DNA of 64,000 bases from Vitrella brassicaformis CCMP3155 (Eukaryota; Protista; Chromerida), in the NCBI GenBank assembly GCA_001179505.1, contig CDMY01000469.1, positions 1 through 64,000 of the forward strand, given 5' to 3'. Numbering within the stretch: the stretch's first letter is position 1; the number at the start of each line of letters is the position of its first letter. The translations under genes were made by a program, and so were the position numbers. Of the stretch, positions 51,166 to 64,000 are shown one piece after another. The notes beneath the pieces are model-generated. The model was not told where the DNA came from. It saw only the letters and a program-made list of their open reading frames with translations, and made no database searches.

Positions 51166-54100
51166 TACAGGGAGGGCAGCGAGAAGCTGCTCATCCCGGG
51201 CGTCTTCACGCCCGACAGACGGGCGCTCATCGCGGCCAAGGAGGGCACAATGGCCGACACGGCATTCACCCAGTGGGCCGAATCGCTGCTCGGTAAACGC
51301 ATTTCGCACACACAGACACATGGACTGGTGGACATGTGTGTGTGGATTTGGATGTCTCTGTGTGTGGTCAGGAGTCGAGAAGGTTGCCGCTTTCTATCGC
51401 AGCGAGAAGATCATCTGGCAGAAATACAGCGACAGCACAGACAAATGGTACCCGCCACACACACGGCCACTCACACATTTCTATCCCTCTCTCTCTCTCT
51501 CCGTATGTTGTGTGTAAAGGTCGGAGCGTTTGGAGTCGATCGGCGTGCGGGCGGCCACCCCGGATTTCTACGTCAAGTGCCTCAAGCACAAAGACATCAG
51601 AACGGTATAAAGACGCACCCACCCCTACACACACGCGCGCGCGCAGAGAGAGAGAGAGAGAGAGGAATGCGTGTGTGTGTGCACAGGCGTTGAAGCGTGC
51701 CACTCGTCAGCAGTGGGTGTCGCTGTTTGTGTTCCTCTACGACCTCCCGCACATGACCTCAGAACTCGCAAAGGACGTCCCTCTCAAAGTGGTATGTCTC
51801 CGTATCATCACACCACACCTTGTGTGAGTGGATCTCTCTCTCCCTGTGTGTGTATGTGTGTGCATGTGTGCAGCGTGACGGCACCATCACGACCCACGGG
51901 AGTGTGTCGATCTACTTGCCGGGGGCGGCGGCCGTCAGCAGACTCGACAAACTCCCCATTGAGGTACCCAATGAATCTGTGTCTTTGTGCACACACAAAC
52001 GCCCATTCCTCTCTCTCCCTCTCTGTGTCTCTGTGTCTGTCCTTCTGCAGGGCATGCAGCCCAACTTCCTGCACACCGACTGCTACCCATCGGCCGCCTC
52101 AGCTGATGATGGCGACACCGACATGTCTGGGGTGGTGAGTTCTGCGGACCATGCCAAGGTGGAGGACTTCTTCGACAGAAGCATGAGGATCACACACTTG
52201 TATGGATTGTCGAAGGCACCACAGACACACACACATGGATGGATTGTGTGCCTTGGGGTGTGGGTGGGTGCAGCAAGATCGTAGGGTTCCTGCGGGACCT
52301 CATCGCGCGTGTTGGGAGAGGCAATGCCACAGCGCAGAAGAGGGCACAGGTACACACACACATCAACGCACACGCACACACACACACAGCCATACACACG
52401 TGCCTGTGGATGTATGTGTGTGTGCAGGTGTTCTGGTGGTGCTACGACGCTTACTTGGCGTCCAAGGCCGCGAACGACAGCGACGCCAAACGGACCACAC
52501 TCATGTGTGCCCCCCCCCCCCCCNNNNNNNNNNNNNNNNNNNNNNNNNNNNNNNNNNNNNNNNNNNNNNNNNNNNNNNNNNNNNNNNNNNNNNNNNNNNN
52601 NNNNNNNNNNNNNNNNNNNNNNNNNNNNNNNNNNNNNNNNNNNNNNNNNNNNNNNNNNNNNNNNNNNNNNNNNNNNNNNNNNNNNNNNNNNNNNNNNNNN
52701 NNNNNNNNNNNNNNNNNNNNNNNNNNNNNNNNNNNNNNNNNNNNNNNNNNNNNNNNNNNNNNNNNNNNNNNNNNNNNNNNNNNNNNNNNNNNNNNNNNNN
52801 NNNNNNNNNNNNNNNNNNNNNNNCCCCCCTCCCTCCCCATCGAACACACACATAGGGAGAGAGAGAGGGGGAGGGAGAGGTGCAGACGCACCCATGTGTG
52901 TTTGTGTTTGTGTGTCCGCCAGAGAGATATTGGGCAACGATCTCCGTGTGGACCAGAAGGGCAAAGCCGTCGACTCGGGCACAGTCATCTACCTCCCAAA
53001 GAAAGACGGTGCCCCCTCCCCCACCCAAATACACACATACAGAGGCATGTACGCGCATCCCTCTCTGTCCCTCTCTCCCTCTGCGTGTGTCTGTGTCTGT
53101 GTGCGTCTTGGTGAAGGTGTGTGGCCTCTGCTGTTCCCCCACATCTCCATATCCCTGCACGACGCCTTCATGACGGAGCGACCACCACACATGCGGGACA
53201 CACACGCGGCCAAGTACGCCCCCGCCCCCTACACACACACACACAGCTGCACAGATGGATAGATGGGTGTGTGTGTGTAGGGTGGCCCTGTCGACGTCTC
53301 TGCGAAATGTGTGTGACGTGCCTTCGTACGGGGACCCGCTGTGGCACACTATGGTGGCGGGCAAGTAAGACCACACACACACACACACACGTGCTTCTCC
53401 CTCTCCATCCATCCCTCCCTCCCTGTCTGTCTGTGCTTGTATGGTTGTCTGTCAGCTTCAAGGACCTACCGCACTTCAGGGGTGCTGGGCTTGAGGACCG
53501 AATTGCTGAAATTGCCAAGCTCAAACGACTGTCACCTGCCTGGTAGGGCAACCAATGCACACACATGCGTGTGTCTGTGTTCACCATGTCCCTCCCCCAC
53601 CTACCTTTCTCTCTGTGTGTGTGTGTGTGTGTCAGGTGGTCGTTCGGTTTGCCCCACAAAAATGAGAGTGTGTCGGCCGAGGTGAAAAAGATCACAGACA
53701 TCCTCCAGCAGAAGACGCCCCCCAGAGATGCAGGTAGGTGTCTATGTATGTGTGACTGTGACACACTAAGCCCACAATCGACCTGTGGATCTCCCCCTCT
53801 CCCTCCCCCTCTCTCTCTGTCTCTGCGCGTGTGTGTGTGCACAGATCGTGTGCTGGCCGATCCCAGAAGTGGACACACCTTCTTCAGAAACGAAGTCTAT
53901 CGGGTTAGTAACCCCCTAACCCACCCCCCGAATCACACCCACCCCCGCCACACGTGTGCATGTGGTGTGTGTATATGGTGCAGACGCCCATCTGCCCTCC
54001 CTTTGTGGGTGATCGCTTCCGCGAGGCCGTCAGGAGCAACACACTCGACCCTGCAAAGGTGACCGAGTGGTGCGTGTCCACATGGGTCTGTGTGTGGGTG

Positions 54101-54212
54101 TGTGTGGATGGTGGATGGTGTCATGTTTGTTTGTCAGTGTGAGAGGGACGCCATGTCGGATGAGAACACGATAGAGATCATCGTGACCATCCTCAAGTGA
54201 CCCATACAGACA

Positions 54213-54247
<35 letters not shown>

Positions 54248-57200
54248 GGGAGGAGAGAGAGAGGGCGACACGTGTGTGTGTGTGTGTCCTAATGGCTCGT
54301 GGATGTGTTGAGTGCAGGTGGCTTCACCACAACCCCGAGCTCTTCTTCGCCCGGGTGTACCCCGATGGGGCCCCCATGTCGTCAGAGGCGCACAAACACT
54401 TCGACTCAGAAATCGCGTATGTCAAGACGCAACCATACACACAGAGAGAGGGGGAGGGGAGGCCCTCTCTATGTGTCTGCTGGTGTGAACATTGCAACAG
54501 GTACTTCGCGCACTATGCCCCCTGGCTGCCGGCCACCATCACCACCCCACACACACAGCGAGCGATCCAGCAGCAGCAGCATGGACCACGGCCTGCTGCA
54601 GGTGCGCACACACCCTCCCCACCCTAACACACACACATGAAGAGAGAGAGGGTCCGTGTGTGTGTGTGTTGGGTGTAGGTGGTGGGCGCGGTGCTGGCCG
54701 AGGGCGTGGTGTTGCTCCTGCTGCTGCTGCCGCTGCTGCCGCTGGTGGGGCTGGTGGCCCCTCTCAGCAGCCTGCTGCAGGCACTGTCCGGCACATTTGG
54801 TGCCCGCCTTGTTTGGTGTTCGCCAAAGGTACCAAGATCATTGTCTGTGGTGGATGGGGGGATGCGTGTGAGGGATGGATGTTGTGTGGGTGTGTGTAGG
54901 TGTGTTTGATGGTGCTGGTGTGCCGATTCTGGACCTGCCGCAAGCCGACGTTGACGCACTCAGGTACGCAATCCACCCACCCCACACACAAACAGGGGTT
55001 CACACGCTGAGGGGCGTATAAGTGTCAAATATGTGTGTGTGTGTGTTGGTAGGGCGTTGGATCGTGACCGTCCTGGGGATTGGGGTCTGGGGCTGACCAT
55101 CCACGAGAAACCGACGGCAAACGACCTCATCAACAAGTATACCCACACAGACACAGACACAGAGAGGGAGGGAGGGAGAGAGAGAGAGATGCCTGGTGTC
55201 CATCTATCTGTGTGGTGTCAGGTTGCGTGCCATCCGGAAGTACCAGCAGTTCTTCGGCTCCGTCCCCCGGCTGCGCATGCAGGTGATACTCGACGTCGTC
55301 AAGGCCGTCTACACATTGCTGAGCGGCGACGACTACAAAGACGACCACGTAAGCTGAGCATCGCGCGTGTTGAGTGTTGAGTGTTGCCTCTCACTCTGTG
55401 CGTGGGTGTGGGGTGTGGGGGAGATGGATTGTTACAGGGCCGCATCAAGCAGTATTTTGAGAGCCGCAATGCAAGCGATGCGCTGATCTACACAGACCAG
55501 CATCAGCACCAGCAGCAGCATGGAGAGCGAGATGACGCCAGTGCAACGCCATCACACACATGGATCACACTCAGCGTACTTACGTCCACTCAGAGAGAGA
55601 GAGAGAGAGAGACGTGTGTGTGTGTGTGTGTTGTGTGGTCTATAGGAAGCGTCATGGACCGGTGAGGGCTCGTCAGTGCCTGGGCTGCGGCTGAAGGACC
55701 TCTACAGCACGCCAGCCAAGTGCAAAGACTTCTTCACCAAAGTCCTGCAGGTGCCCCTCTCCCCATCACCCCCCCCCCCCCNNNNNNNNNNNNNNNNNNN
55801 NNNNNNNNNNNNNNNNNNNNNNNNNNNNNNNNNNNNNNNNNNNNNNNNNNNNNNNNNNNNNNNNNNNNNNNNNNNNNNNNNNNNNNNNNNNNNNNNNNNN
55901 NNNNNNNNNNNNNNNNNNNNNNNNNNNNNNNNNNNNNNNNNNNNNNNNNNNNNNNNNNNNNNNNNNNNNNNNNNNNNNNNNNNNNNNNNNNNNNNNNNNN
56001 NNNNNNNNNNNNNNNNNNNNNNNNNNNNNNNNNNNNNNNNNNNNNNNNNNNNNNNNNNNNNNNNNNNNNNNNNNNNNNNNNCCCCCCCCCCCCCTAACAC
56101 ACACACACACATGCACGTGCCTGTGTGTTGTGTGGTAAGGTGTCGGAGTTGCCTCCCCTCTCTGTCTACTGCGACCGCTATCTCGCCATCCAGCGCACAC
56201 TCACACACACAGACGACGACAAGGACGACGCTGAACAAATGGACGAAAACAGGTGGGAATGCACACACACAGAGAGAGTGGATAAATGTGTGTGTGTGTG
56301 TGTGTGGTGTAGGCGGCAGGCGTTGTTCAAGCAGCTGGAGAGTGCATTCGGCAACATACTCATGTGGCTCGAGAGTAATATGAGCAAATGCCCCCCACCC
56401 CTCCCACAACCACACCTGTCGATGTGTGTGTGTGTGTGTGTGGATGCGTGTCTGTGCAGAGGACTCCTCCATCAGTCTGCCTTCGGCCTTCGTGTCGTCG
56501 GCCATGGTGCCCATAGCCTGGGAAGACGGAACCATCGTCAAACTCGCCGTAAACCACACACGCCTACGCCATCCACAGACACATACGCAGACACACACGT
56601 GTGTATGAGTCCTCCTCTTTCCCTCTCTCCCTCTCTCTCTCTGTGTGGGGGACGGCAGGCGCCATCGCGGGCGTATCGGCCGGACAGCGATCCGCCGGAC
56701 AGCAATCAGCTGCGTAAGGCCTTCAGCGGCAAACTGGACTTCGTCCTCATCCCGCCCAAGCGCACCAGTAAGAAACAGAGAGAGAGAGAGAGAGGGAGAG
56801 AGAGAGACTTTCCACACACACATCACACACATCTGATGTGATGGTCAGAGGTTGTGCGTCGTTTCTACGACAAGATGGGCGTCCGGAGGATCACCGACGT
56901 CGCCAAGGCGGAGGCCAGGGGGACCAACCCCGTGCAAGTACGTGTGTGGTGCCTGTGGTGCCTGTGTCCATTGTATGTCCCAGACACACAGAGGGAGGGA
57001 GGGAGGGAGGGGGAGAGAGATCCATGCCCCCACATGTGTGTGTGCCTTCGTCCATGCGTTCAGGTTGACGGCAGCAGCAGTGGTGTTCCGCAGCTGCTGA
57101 CCCGTGGGCTGAAGGAGCACCTGTGTCGGCTCATCTTCAGCAGCTCCACACAGGGAGAGGGAGACAAAAAACTAGAGTGCGACCACACACGCACACACAC

Positions 57201-57998
57201 ACACATGTGGACAGGCACACAGACATCTCTATCTCCCTCCCTCCCTCCCTCCCTGTGTGTGTGTCGTTTGTGCGTGCAGGCAGCTTCTGTCTGACGGTGG
57301 TGTGCTATCGGCCATCTGTGAGGCGAAGGAGCGCTACTTCGAAGAGGTCCAGGCCGTCTACTACATCGAACGGTCCATTGACGACACCACCGGCGGCGGC
57401 AGCAGCAGCAGCGGCCAAGGGCAGCCCCCCCACCCCCACAACCAGACAGAGCGCGTCGACAGCGCCCCAGTGGTGTGTGAGACGGCGCAGCTGCAGCTGA
57501 CGTCACAGCCATACGAGCTGCTCATGCACAAGAAATTCGTACCTGGTACGCGCAGACAAACAGAGATGGATGCATCAAAACATACACACAGATAAAGATG
57601 GTTGTGTGCAGGTGGCGTGTTGCCCCATCTTGACATCGATCTGCTCAAGTCCCTGTGCGCACAGCTGCGGGTCATCTTCGGGCTGACACACCAACAAGAG
57701 GTACGTCAGCACACACACAGAGGGAGGGAGCGACACCACCTCTGCACACACGAGGTCCGTCTGTTTGTTTGCAGGAGGAGTTGAAGTTCTTTCTGTTCGG
57801 CGGCCAGCATCGCCAAACCACCACCAGCAGCAGCAGCGGCGGTGCCACTGGTGCTGGTGGCAGTAGTGTTGGTGTGTCGGATGTGAGGATTCCCTTTGGT
57901 CTGTGGCGGAGGATCGACCAGGCCCTCAGCAAAACACACGGACAGGTACACACAGTGTGTGGGTACGTTTTAGTGGGTGTGCAGACCAGAATATCTCC

Positions 57999-58030
<32 letters not shown>

Positions 58031-58348
58031 CGGTGGTCGTGTGTGCAGGTTTCTGGCTCGTCATCATCCTCGGCAGCTGCTGCTGCTGCAGCTGGTGGTG
58101 GTGGTATGTCGGAGATCTCCCACAACCAGTCCATCGACCCCTCTGCACACGGTGCACACCTCACCCACCCAACACACATTCACAGAGAGAGGAGTGGAGA
58201 CAGACACAAAGTGTAAAGATGTGTGTGTGTCTGTGTGGTGTGTGGTGTGGTTTGATGATGATGATGAAGATGAAGACATGAACGACGATCCAATGGGCCA
58301 GCGGCAGCAGAAGCAGGAGACCGGACCATCGGTAACACCCTCCCCCAA

Positions 58349-58382
<34 letters not shown>

Positions 58383-58767
58383 TACACACATCCATCTCTC
58401 TGCAGGCGAAGGCCATCCTGGCGAGCAAGGCCAAGAAGGAGACCCACCCCCAACCCACCGTCGCCAAGCGCACAGTGCCGCGCATCACCGCCATCCACCG
58501 AAAGGGCGAACTGAAGGCAAGTCATGTCCACACACACACCACACACAGAGGGAGCGAGGGAGAGAGGAGGATATGTGTGTGTGTGTGACTGTGTGTGTTG
58601 TCAGTGGGAGATGCAGGTCAACCGGTGCCCCGGCGCCACCCGCGTGTTGCTCGAGATCTACGACGCCAGCGATCGCACAGCAGCTGACGCAGACGACGAG
58701 CAAGAGGTACACACACATCTGTCATTTACACGCACATGCCCTCACTGATGCATATCGCCCTCTGCCC

Positions 58768-58800
<33 letters not shown>

Positions 58801-60267
58801 GCACAGGCCCGTCCTTTGGCGCAGCTGTCGCCGCCCATTGCCGATGCGGCACCTGTGTTTGTTGTCAATCCCGAGACCGTCGAAGGGTCCGTCTGTCTGC
58901 ACACACACACACGCAGAGAGAGAGGGAGAGGGAGAGAGGGGGCCTCCATATGAGCGTGCAGACACACACAGCTGGATGTTTGGATGTGTGTGTCTGTGTC
59001 ACAGGTTGGAGTTGCTGCATTTGTATGAGTTGATTGTGCGGGCCGAGTACCCACACCACAACAAGGGCGGCCGGAGGAAACACATCAAGAAATCAAGGGC
59101 ACGCCAGCAGCCAGCAACACCCACCCAATGAGCCCCACTCACTCATAATGATTGCTGGCGTGTCTTTGTGTGTGTCCATGTGTGTAGGATGCCGACACGA
59201 TGGACATCGACGAGGAGAGCGACCCCGACAGCCCCACACACGCCTCCGCCAGCAGCAGCAAAGTCAAAACAGAGGTGGATAACACCATGCAGCCGAATAC
59301 AATGATCTGTTGTGTGTGTGTGTGTGTGTGGATCTGTGCGTGTGTGTGTCGACATGAATGCAGTTGTCGCCCTGCATGGACTTCCCCACCCCTTTGCCAG
59401 CGCCATCCTTCGTCGCAGACGGATGCACGCGCATGCCAGACGTACGCACACACACACACACCCACCGGCACAGACCCATCCACACTGACACACAGGCGTC
59501 CATCGGTGTGTGTGTGTGTGTGTGTGGTGCGCAGGGCTGGTCACCGGAGGATTTCTACGACAAACACAAGAAGGACAAAGGTACTGATGCAGGGAGGGAG
59601 GGAGGGAGGCATACACACGAAAATGTCCTTCCATCCATCTGTGTGTGTGGTGGAGCAGAGTTGGCTCCCCTCAAGTCGGCCAAGATCAAGCTCAAGTTCT
59701 CGTCTGTCCAACACGCCAGCAGGTCAACATATACACACACACGCGGACACACAGACACACACACACACAGAGAGAGAGAGGCACTCTTATGCGCCGAAAG
59801 GCATCCATCTGCCCATCTCTGTGTATATGTGTATGTGTGTGTGTTTGTAGGTACGAGGTGCGGTACTGCTTCCAGCAGACCTTCGCGGCCTTCGACCACG
59901 TCGAGGAGACCGACCGGACCACACTGGAGATCAAATTCGCGGGCGACAAGGACAAAGACAAGGCCAACCAAACCGTCCACGCACAGGTACTCAGGTGGAC
60001 AGACAGAGAGGGGATGGTGCACAGACAGACAGACACACACACACACACACAGACATGTCTTGATGTATGTGGCGTGTGTGTGCCGTGTGTTGGTGCAGGT
60101 GCGTGCTGTCCACGGCGGCAATCCAGCCTTCTGCAGCGAGTGGTCGCCGCTCATCTCACTGTGCCCACGGGGGTTCACCAAAATACTCAAACACTCCACT
60201 GCTGACGGTACGTTCCTCATGAGGATGGACGGATTGCATCTCTCTCACTCTCTCTCTGTCTCTCTCC

Positions 60268-60300
<33 letters not shown>

Positions 60301-61341
60301 TGTTTGGGTGGCCACAGGTCGTGTGGACGACTCCTCAGTGGTAGACGAGGGCGGCAACCTGCTGCACACAGCCATCAAGGACGACCAGCCCATACGACAC
60401 AAAGACATGGAAACCGTAAGTTGTGCCCGTCAGCCACACACACCTGACCTCACTCTCCCCCCCCCCTCTGTGTGTGTGTGTGTGTTTGTGTGTGTGTGCA
60501 GGACGCGGCACTGCACGGGGTCGCTGAGGTTCGACACAAAGGTATGTTGCAGCCTCATGGATGGATGGATGGATGGTCGCGCATGTTCGTGTGTGGTGAA
60601 TGCAGGTCGTCGTGACGAGGAGGATCTGACGTTCGAGGGCATCTCCGCGCAGGAGCGGCAGAGGATCGAGCAGCTCATGAAGGACGACCGCACGCGCGCC
60701 GCGGGCACGCGAATCGACCCCGTACCCAGACCCCCACCGCCCCATCACACAAACACAGAGGGAGAGAGGGAGAGAGGGATCATTAGGACAGACACGGAGC
60801 ACACCCACACCCATACCTCTCTGTCTGTCTGTCTCTGTGTGTGTGTATGTCGTGTGTGTAGGCTGATGTGGTGAAGGGCTCGTTTGTGAAGTTCAAGTTT
60901 CACTGGAGCGGTGAAATCGGCGGACGAATTGGGCGCGTCTCTGAGCCACCCAACTCATCAGTAACCAAACACCCACCCTCAGACACAGACAGACCGACAG
61001 ACAGAGACAGAGAGAGGGGGGGGCATCCGTGTGTGTATTGTGTGCAGGGTGAGTTTGCGTGTGACTACTTCTACATCCTGCCGGACGTCAGTGTCTTCAA
61101 ATGCAGCATCGAAGACAACCCACACGAGGCAACCACCACCACACCCTCCCCGACACACAGAGGACAGATGCTGTGTGTGTGCCTGTGTCTGTCTGTGTGC
61201 GTATTGGGTTCGTATAGGTCATTGCGCGAAGGCTGATGCGTTGGGTGCGTCTCGACTTTGTGGAGGCGATGGTCACCGTCACCCACCTGCCGCCCTTCTG
61301 TGAGGTCCCCAACCCCAGCAGAGACATACAGGCACGTGGGA

Positions 61342-61376
<35 letters not shown>

Positions 61377-61714
61377 TGTTGGTGTGTTCTATATCTCTCT
61401 GTGTGTGTGGTTGTGTGTGTAGGGAGTGCGTTCGGATCAGCTGAAGGACTACTGGTGCCGGTGCCACCTGCGCCAGTTCGAGAAGCAGTTCATCAAGCCC
61501 AGTGAGTGCTCACCCACACAGCCCCACGCCCCCTTCCCTGTCTGTCTCTCTGCACAATGGATGTGTGTGTATGTGTGTTAGACGATCCGGCGTACAACCT
61601 GGTGCTGGAGCCACTGGAGCCAAGGCACGGCCTCTTCGCATCAAAGTAAGTACCCCAATATACACACACACACACACACACACGAACACGCTGTGCACTG
61701 ATCTGTATGTGTCG

Positions 61715-61746
<32 letters not shown>

Positions 61747-63772
61747 GAGGTACGTCGACGAGTACAACCGGCGTCGGTTCTCGCTGAGCGGCGACTACTT
61801 CAAGGGCAAGTGGCCGGCTGCCGACATGTTCGCTGGCGGCGGTATGTATGCACAGACACAGAGAGAGAGCCTTTGTGTCAATGTCTATGTCTGTGGTGTG
61901 GTGTGTGGTAGGCGGGACGTCTATTGGCCTCACCAAAGGCGGCATGGACGTCGAATGGGCCGTCGAGCGCGTACACACACACACATCCCCCCCCCCTCCC
62001 NNNNNNNNNNNNNNNNNNNNNNNNNNNNNNNNNNNNNNNNNNNNNNNNNNNNNNNNNNNNNNNNNNNNNNNNNNNNNNNNNNNNNNNNNNNNNNNNNNNN
62101 NNNNNNNNNNNNNNNNNNNNNNNNNNNNNNNNNNNNNNNNNNNNNNNNNNNNNNNNNNNNNNNNNNNNNNNNNNNNNNNNNNNNNNNNNNNNNNNNNNNN
62201 NNNNNNNNNNNNNNNNNNNNNNNNNNNNNNNNNNNNNNNNNNNNNNNNNNNNNNNNNNNNNNNNNNNNNNNNNNNNNNNNNNNNNNNNNNNNNNNNNNNN
62301 ACACACACACACATCCCCCCCCCCTCCCACACACACACACCAGCCATATCCCCCCCCCTCTCTCTCTCTGTCGATCGGTGCATCGATCAGAACGACATCG
62401 CGTGCAGCCACTGGCAGGCCAACCACCCCCACGGCACCATGTACCGCGAGGACGTCTACCGCACCCTGGACCACATCACCACCGGGGTGGAGGGCTACCC
62501 CCTCCCATTCGGCACACGCTTCCTCACGGCCAGCTCACCATGCCAGGGATTCTCCACCATCAACGTCAAGGGTACGCCCGGCGGCACACACACATGTGCA
62601 CCAGTGCGTGTGTTTGTGTGTGTGTGACAGGAGGTGTGTTGGACACGGAGAACAGGAAGCTGATCCACTCGGTGACGGCGTACCTCGACACACTGCAGCC
62701 AGAACACGTCATGTTCGGTAACCCAATGCACGCACCCACACAGAGAGAGGGAGGGAAATGCACACATGGGCTCCACATGGACCCTTCGCACAAGTGTTGA
62801 TGCTGTCTGTGTGTGTGGTGTGTATTGTGCAGAGAACGTCGTGGGCATGGTGCACGACACCAAGAACAAGTCCTCCGACTTCTACGCCTTCCTCCTGGGC
62901 CTACTCAACAGCGGATACGGATTCAAAGCAAAGGCACCACACACCCTCACCCACATGCACCCCTCCCATATGTGTGTGTGTGTGTGGTTTAGGCGATGGT
63001 GGCGTCCAAGTACGGCTGTCCCACCATCCGGTGCAGGATCATCATCATGTGCTGGCGGTGGGACAAACTCGAGCCGGACTGGCCAAGAGAAGTACACCCA
63101 GGTGGACACACAGACACACACACACACTTGTGTGGACACACACACACACACACACGTGTGTGTCTGCCTGGTGTCGGCGTAGGTGCCATGCCGACCATCC
63201 GTGACGCCATCAGCGACCTCCCGCCCATCCATAGCGAGCTCGGTACCCTCTCCCTCTGGATCCCCTCCACAGCGACACGCGCTCATCAATGTGTGTGCAG
63301 GTAGTGACGTCGTCACGTTGTATGAGGGCAACGAGGGCCAGCACAACCCCGACACCTCCACGTCGGCCAGTGCTGCTGCTGGTGCTTACGGCAATGGTGG
63401 TGCTAGTGGTGGTGATCTGTCGGCGTACGCCACACTGATGAGGGACCGACCGAAGCACTCGACCATCACCGACCACCAAGTTAGTATCCTGCCCTCTCTA
63501 CCCTCCCTCCCCCCCAAACACGCACATGGGTGTTGCATGCACACACAAATGGATATCTCTGTGTGGGTCTGTGTGGGTGTGTGGCCATGCAGGTCGGCGC
63601 CAACCCCTCTCAGCTGCCCCCGCTGGCGGCCATCGACCGGCCCGCCAAGACCGTCCTCTGCAGCGTCCTCGAGTGGCCATCGCGGCACCCCACGCAGACC
63701 AACCGGGTGTTCACTGTGTACGCACCATCCACCCACACACGTGTGTGGGGACATCTGTGGGTGGGCATTTCC

Positions 63773-63806
<34 letters not shown>

Positions 63807-64000
63807 CATGCAGGAGGGAGGTGTCCCGGCTGCAGAGTTTCCCGGACTCGTATACCTTCTGTGGCGGATCGGCTTTGGCGCACTACAAGATACGTACGCC
63901 TGAAATGTGGTGTGCGTGTGGGGACTTTGTGTGTGGGGACTCTGTGTGTGTGGTTGTGGTGCAGTTGGGAATGCGGTTCCTCCGTTGCTGGCCGAGTGCA
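48009..64000 (+). CDS. Very large multi-exon protein: NO VEIN/sacsin-type GHKL ATPase - long middle region - 2x FN3-like - BAH-like - C5 DNA cytosine methyltransferase (3' end off window)
   Basis: Exon-by-exon manual splicing keeps one frame, apart from three N gaps and one junction needing a GC donor at 59099. GHKL: EELVQN, VYNERGF, AICDLGRSTKK, GEKGQGFKSVF. DNMT motifs: DMFAGGGG (I), WAVE (II), SSPCQGFS (IV), ENVVG (VI), TIRCR (VIII), RVFTVREVSRLQSFPD (IX), LGNAVPPLLA (X). Confidence 0.8.
52524..52823. other. Assembly gap (300 N); equivalent gaps at 55782-56081 and 62001-62300
   Basis: Runs of N flanked by poly-C tracts inside introns of the large gene. Confidence 0.99.

Noticed and set aside
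52083-62800. Long ORFs containing X runs
   Set aside because: Artefacts of reading through the 300-N gaps. At 62001-62300 both flanks repeat the same acacacacatccccccccc sequence, suggesting little or no missing DNA.

Overview
Intron-dense eukaryotic DNA. Short introns of roughly 70-200 nt are filled with (GT)n/(CA)n/(GA)n microsatellites, and the gene style suggests the chromerid alveolate Vitrella brassicaformis (inference, no search run). From left to right: an LTR retrotransposon end (gag + LTR), RPS4 head-to-head with SOF1/DCAF13, a gene with alternating FKBP-like and DUF5675-like (YkuD/L,D-transpeptidase-like) modules, a secreted Cys/His-rich protein, a CCCH zinc-finger gene, a SHIPPO/ODF3-like gene, two lineage-specific family genes, a membrane RING E3 ligase and a TGS1-like methyltransferase. 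Eight near-complete, intron-poor coiled-coil+MORN genes plus three remnants are interleaved among these genes, and several are disabled. The last 16 kb appear to be one very large spliced gene joining a NO VEIN/sacsin-type GHKL ATPase, two FN3-like domains, a BAH-like domain and a DNMT1-like C5 cytosine methyltransferase; this is the most striking observation. All domain calls come from manual translation and motif recognition, not from HMM or BLAST results.
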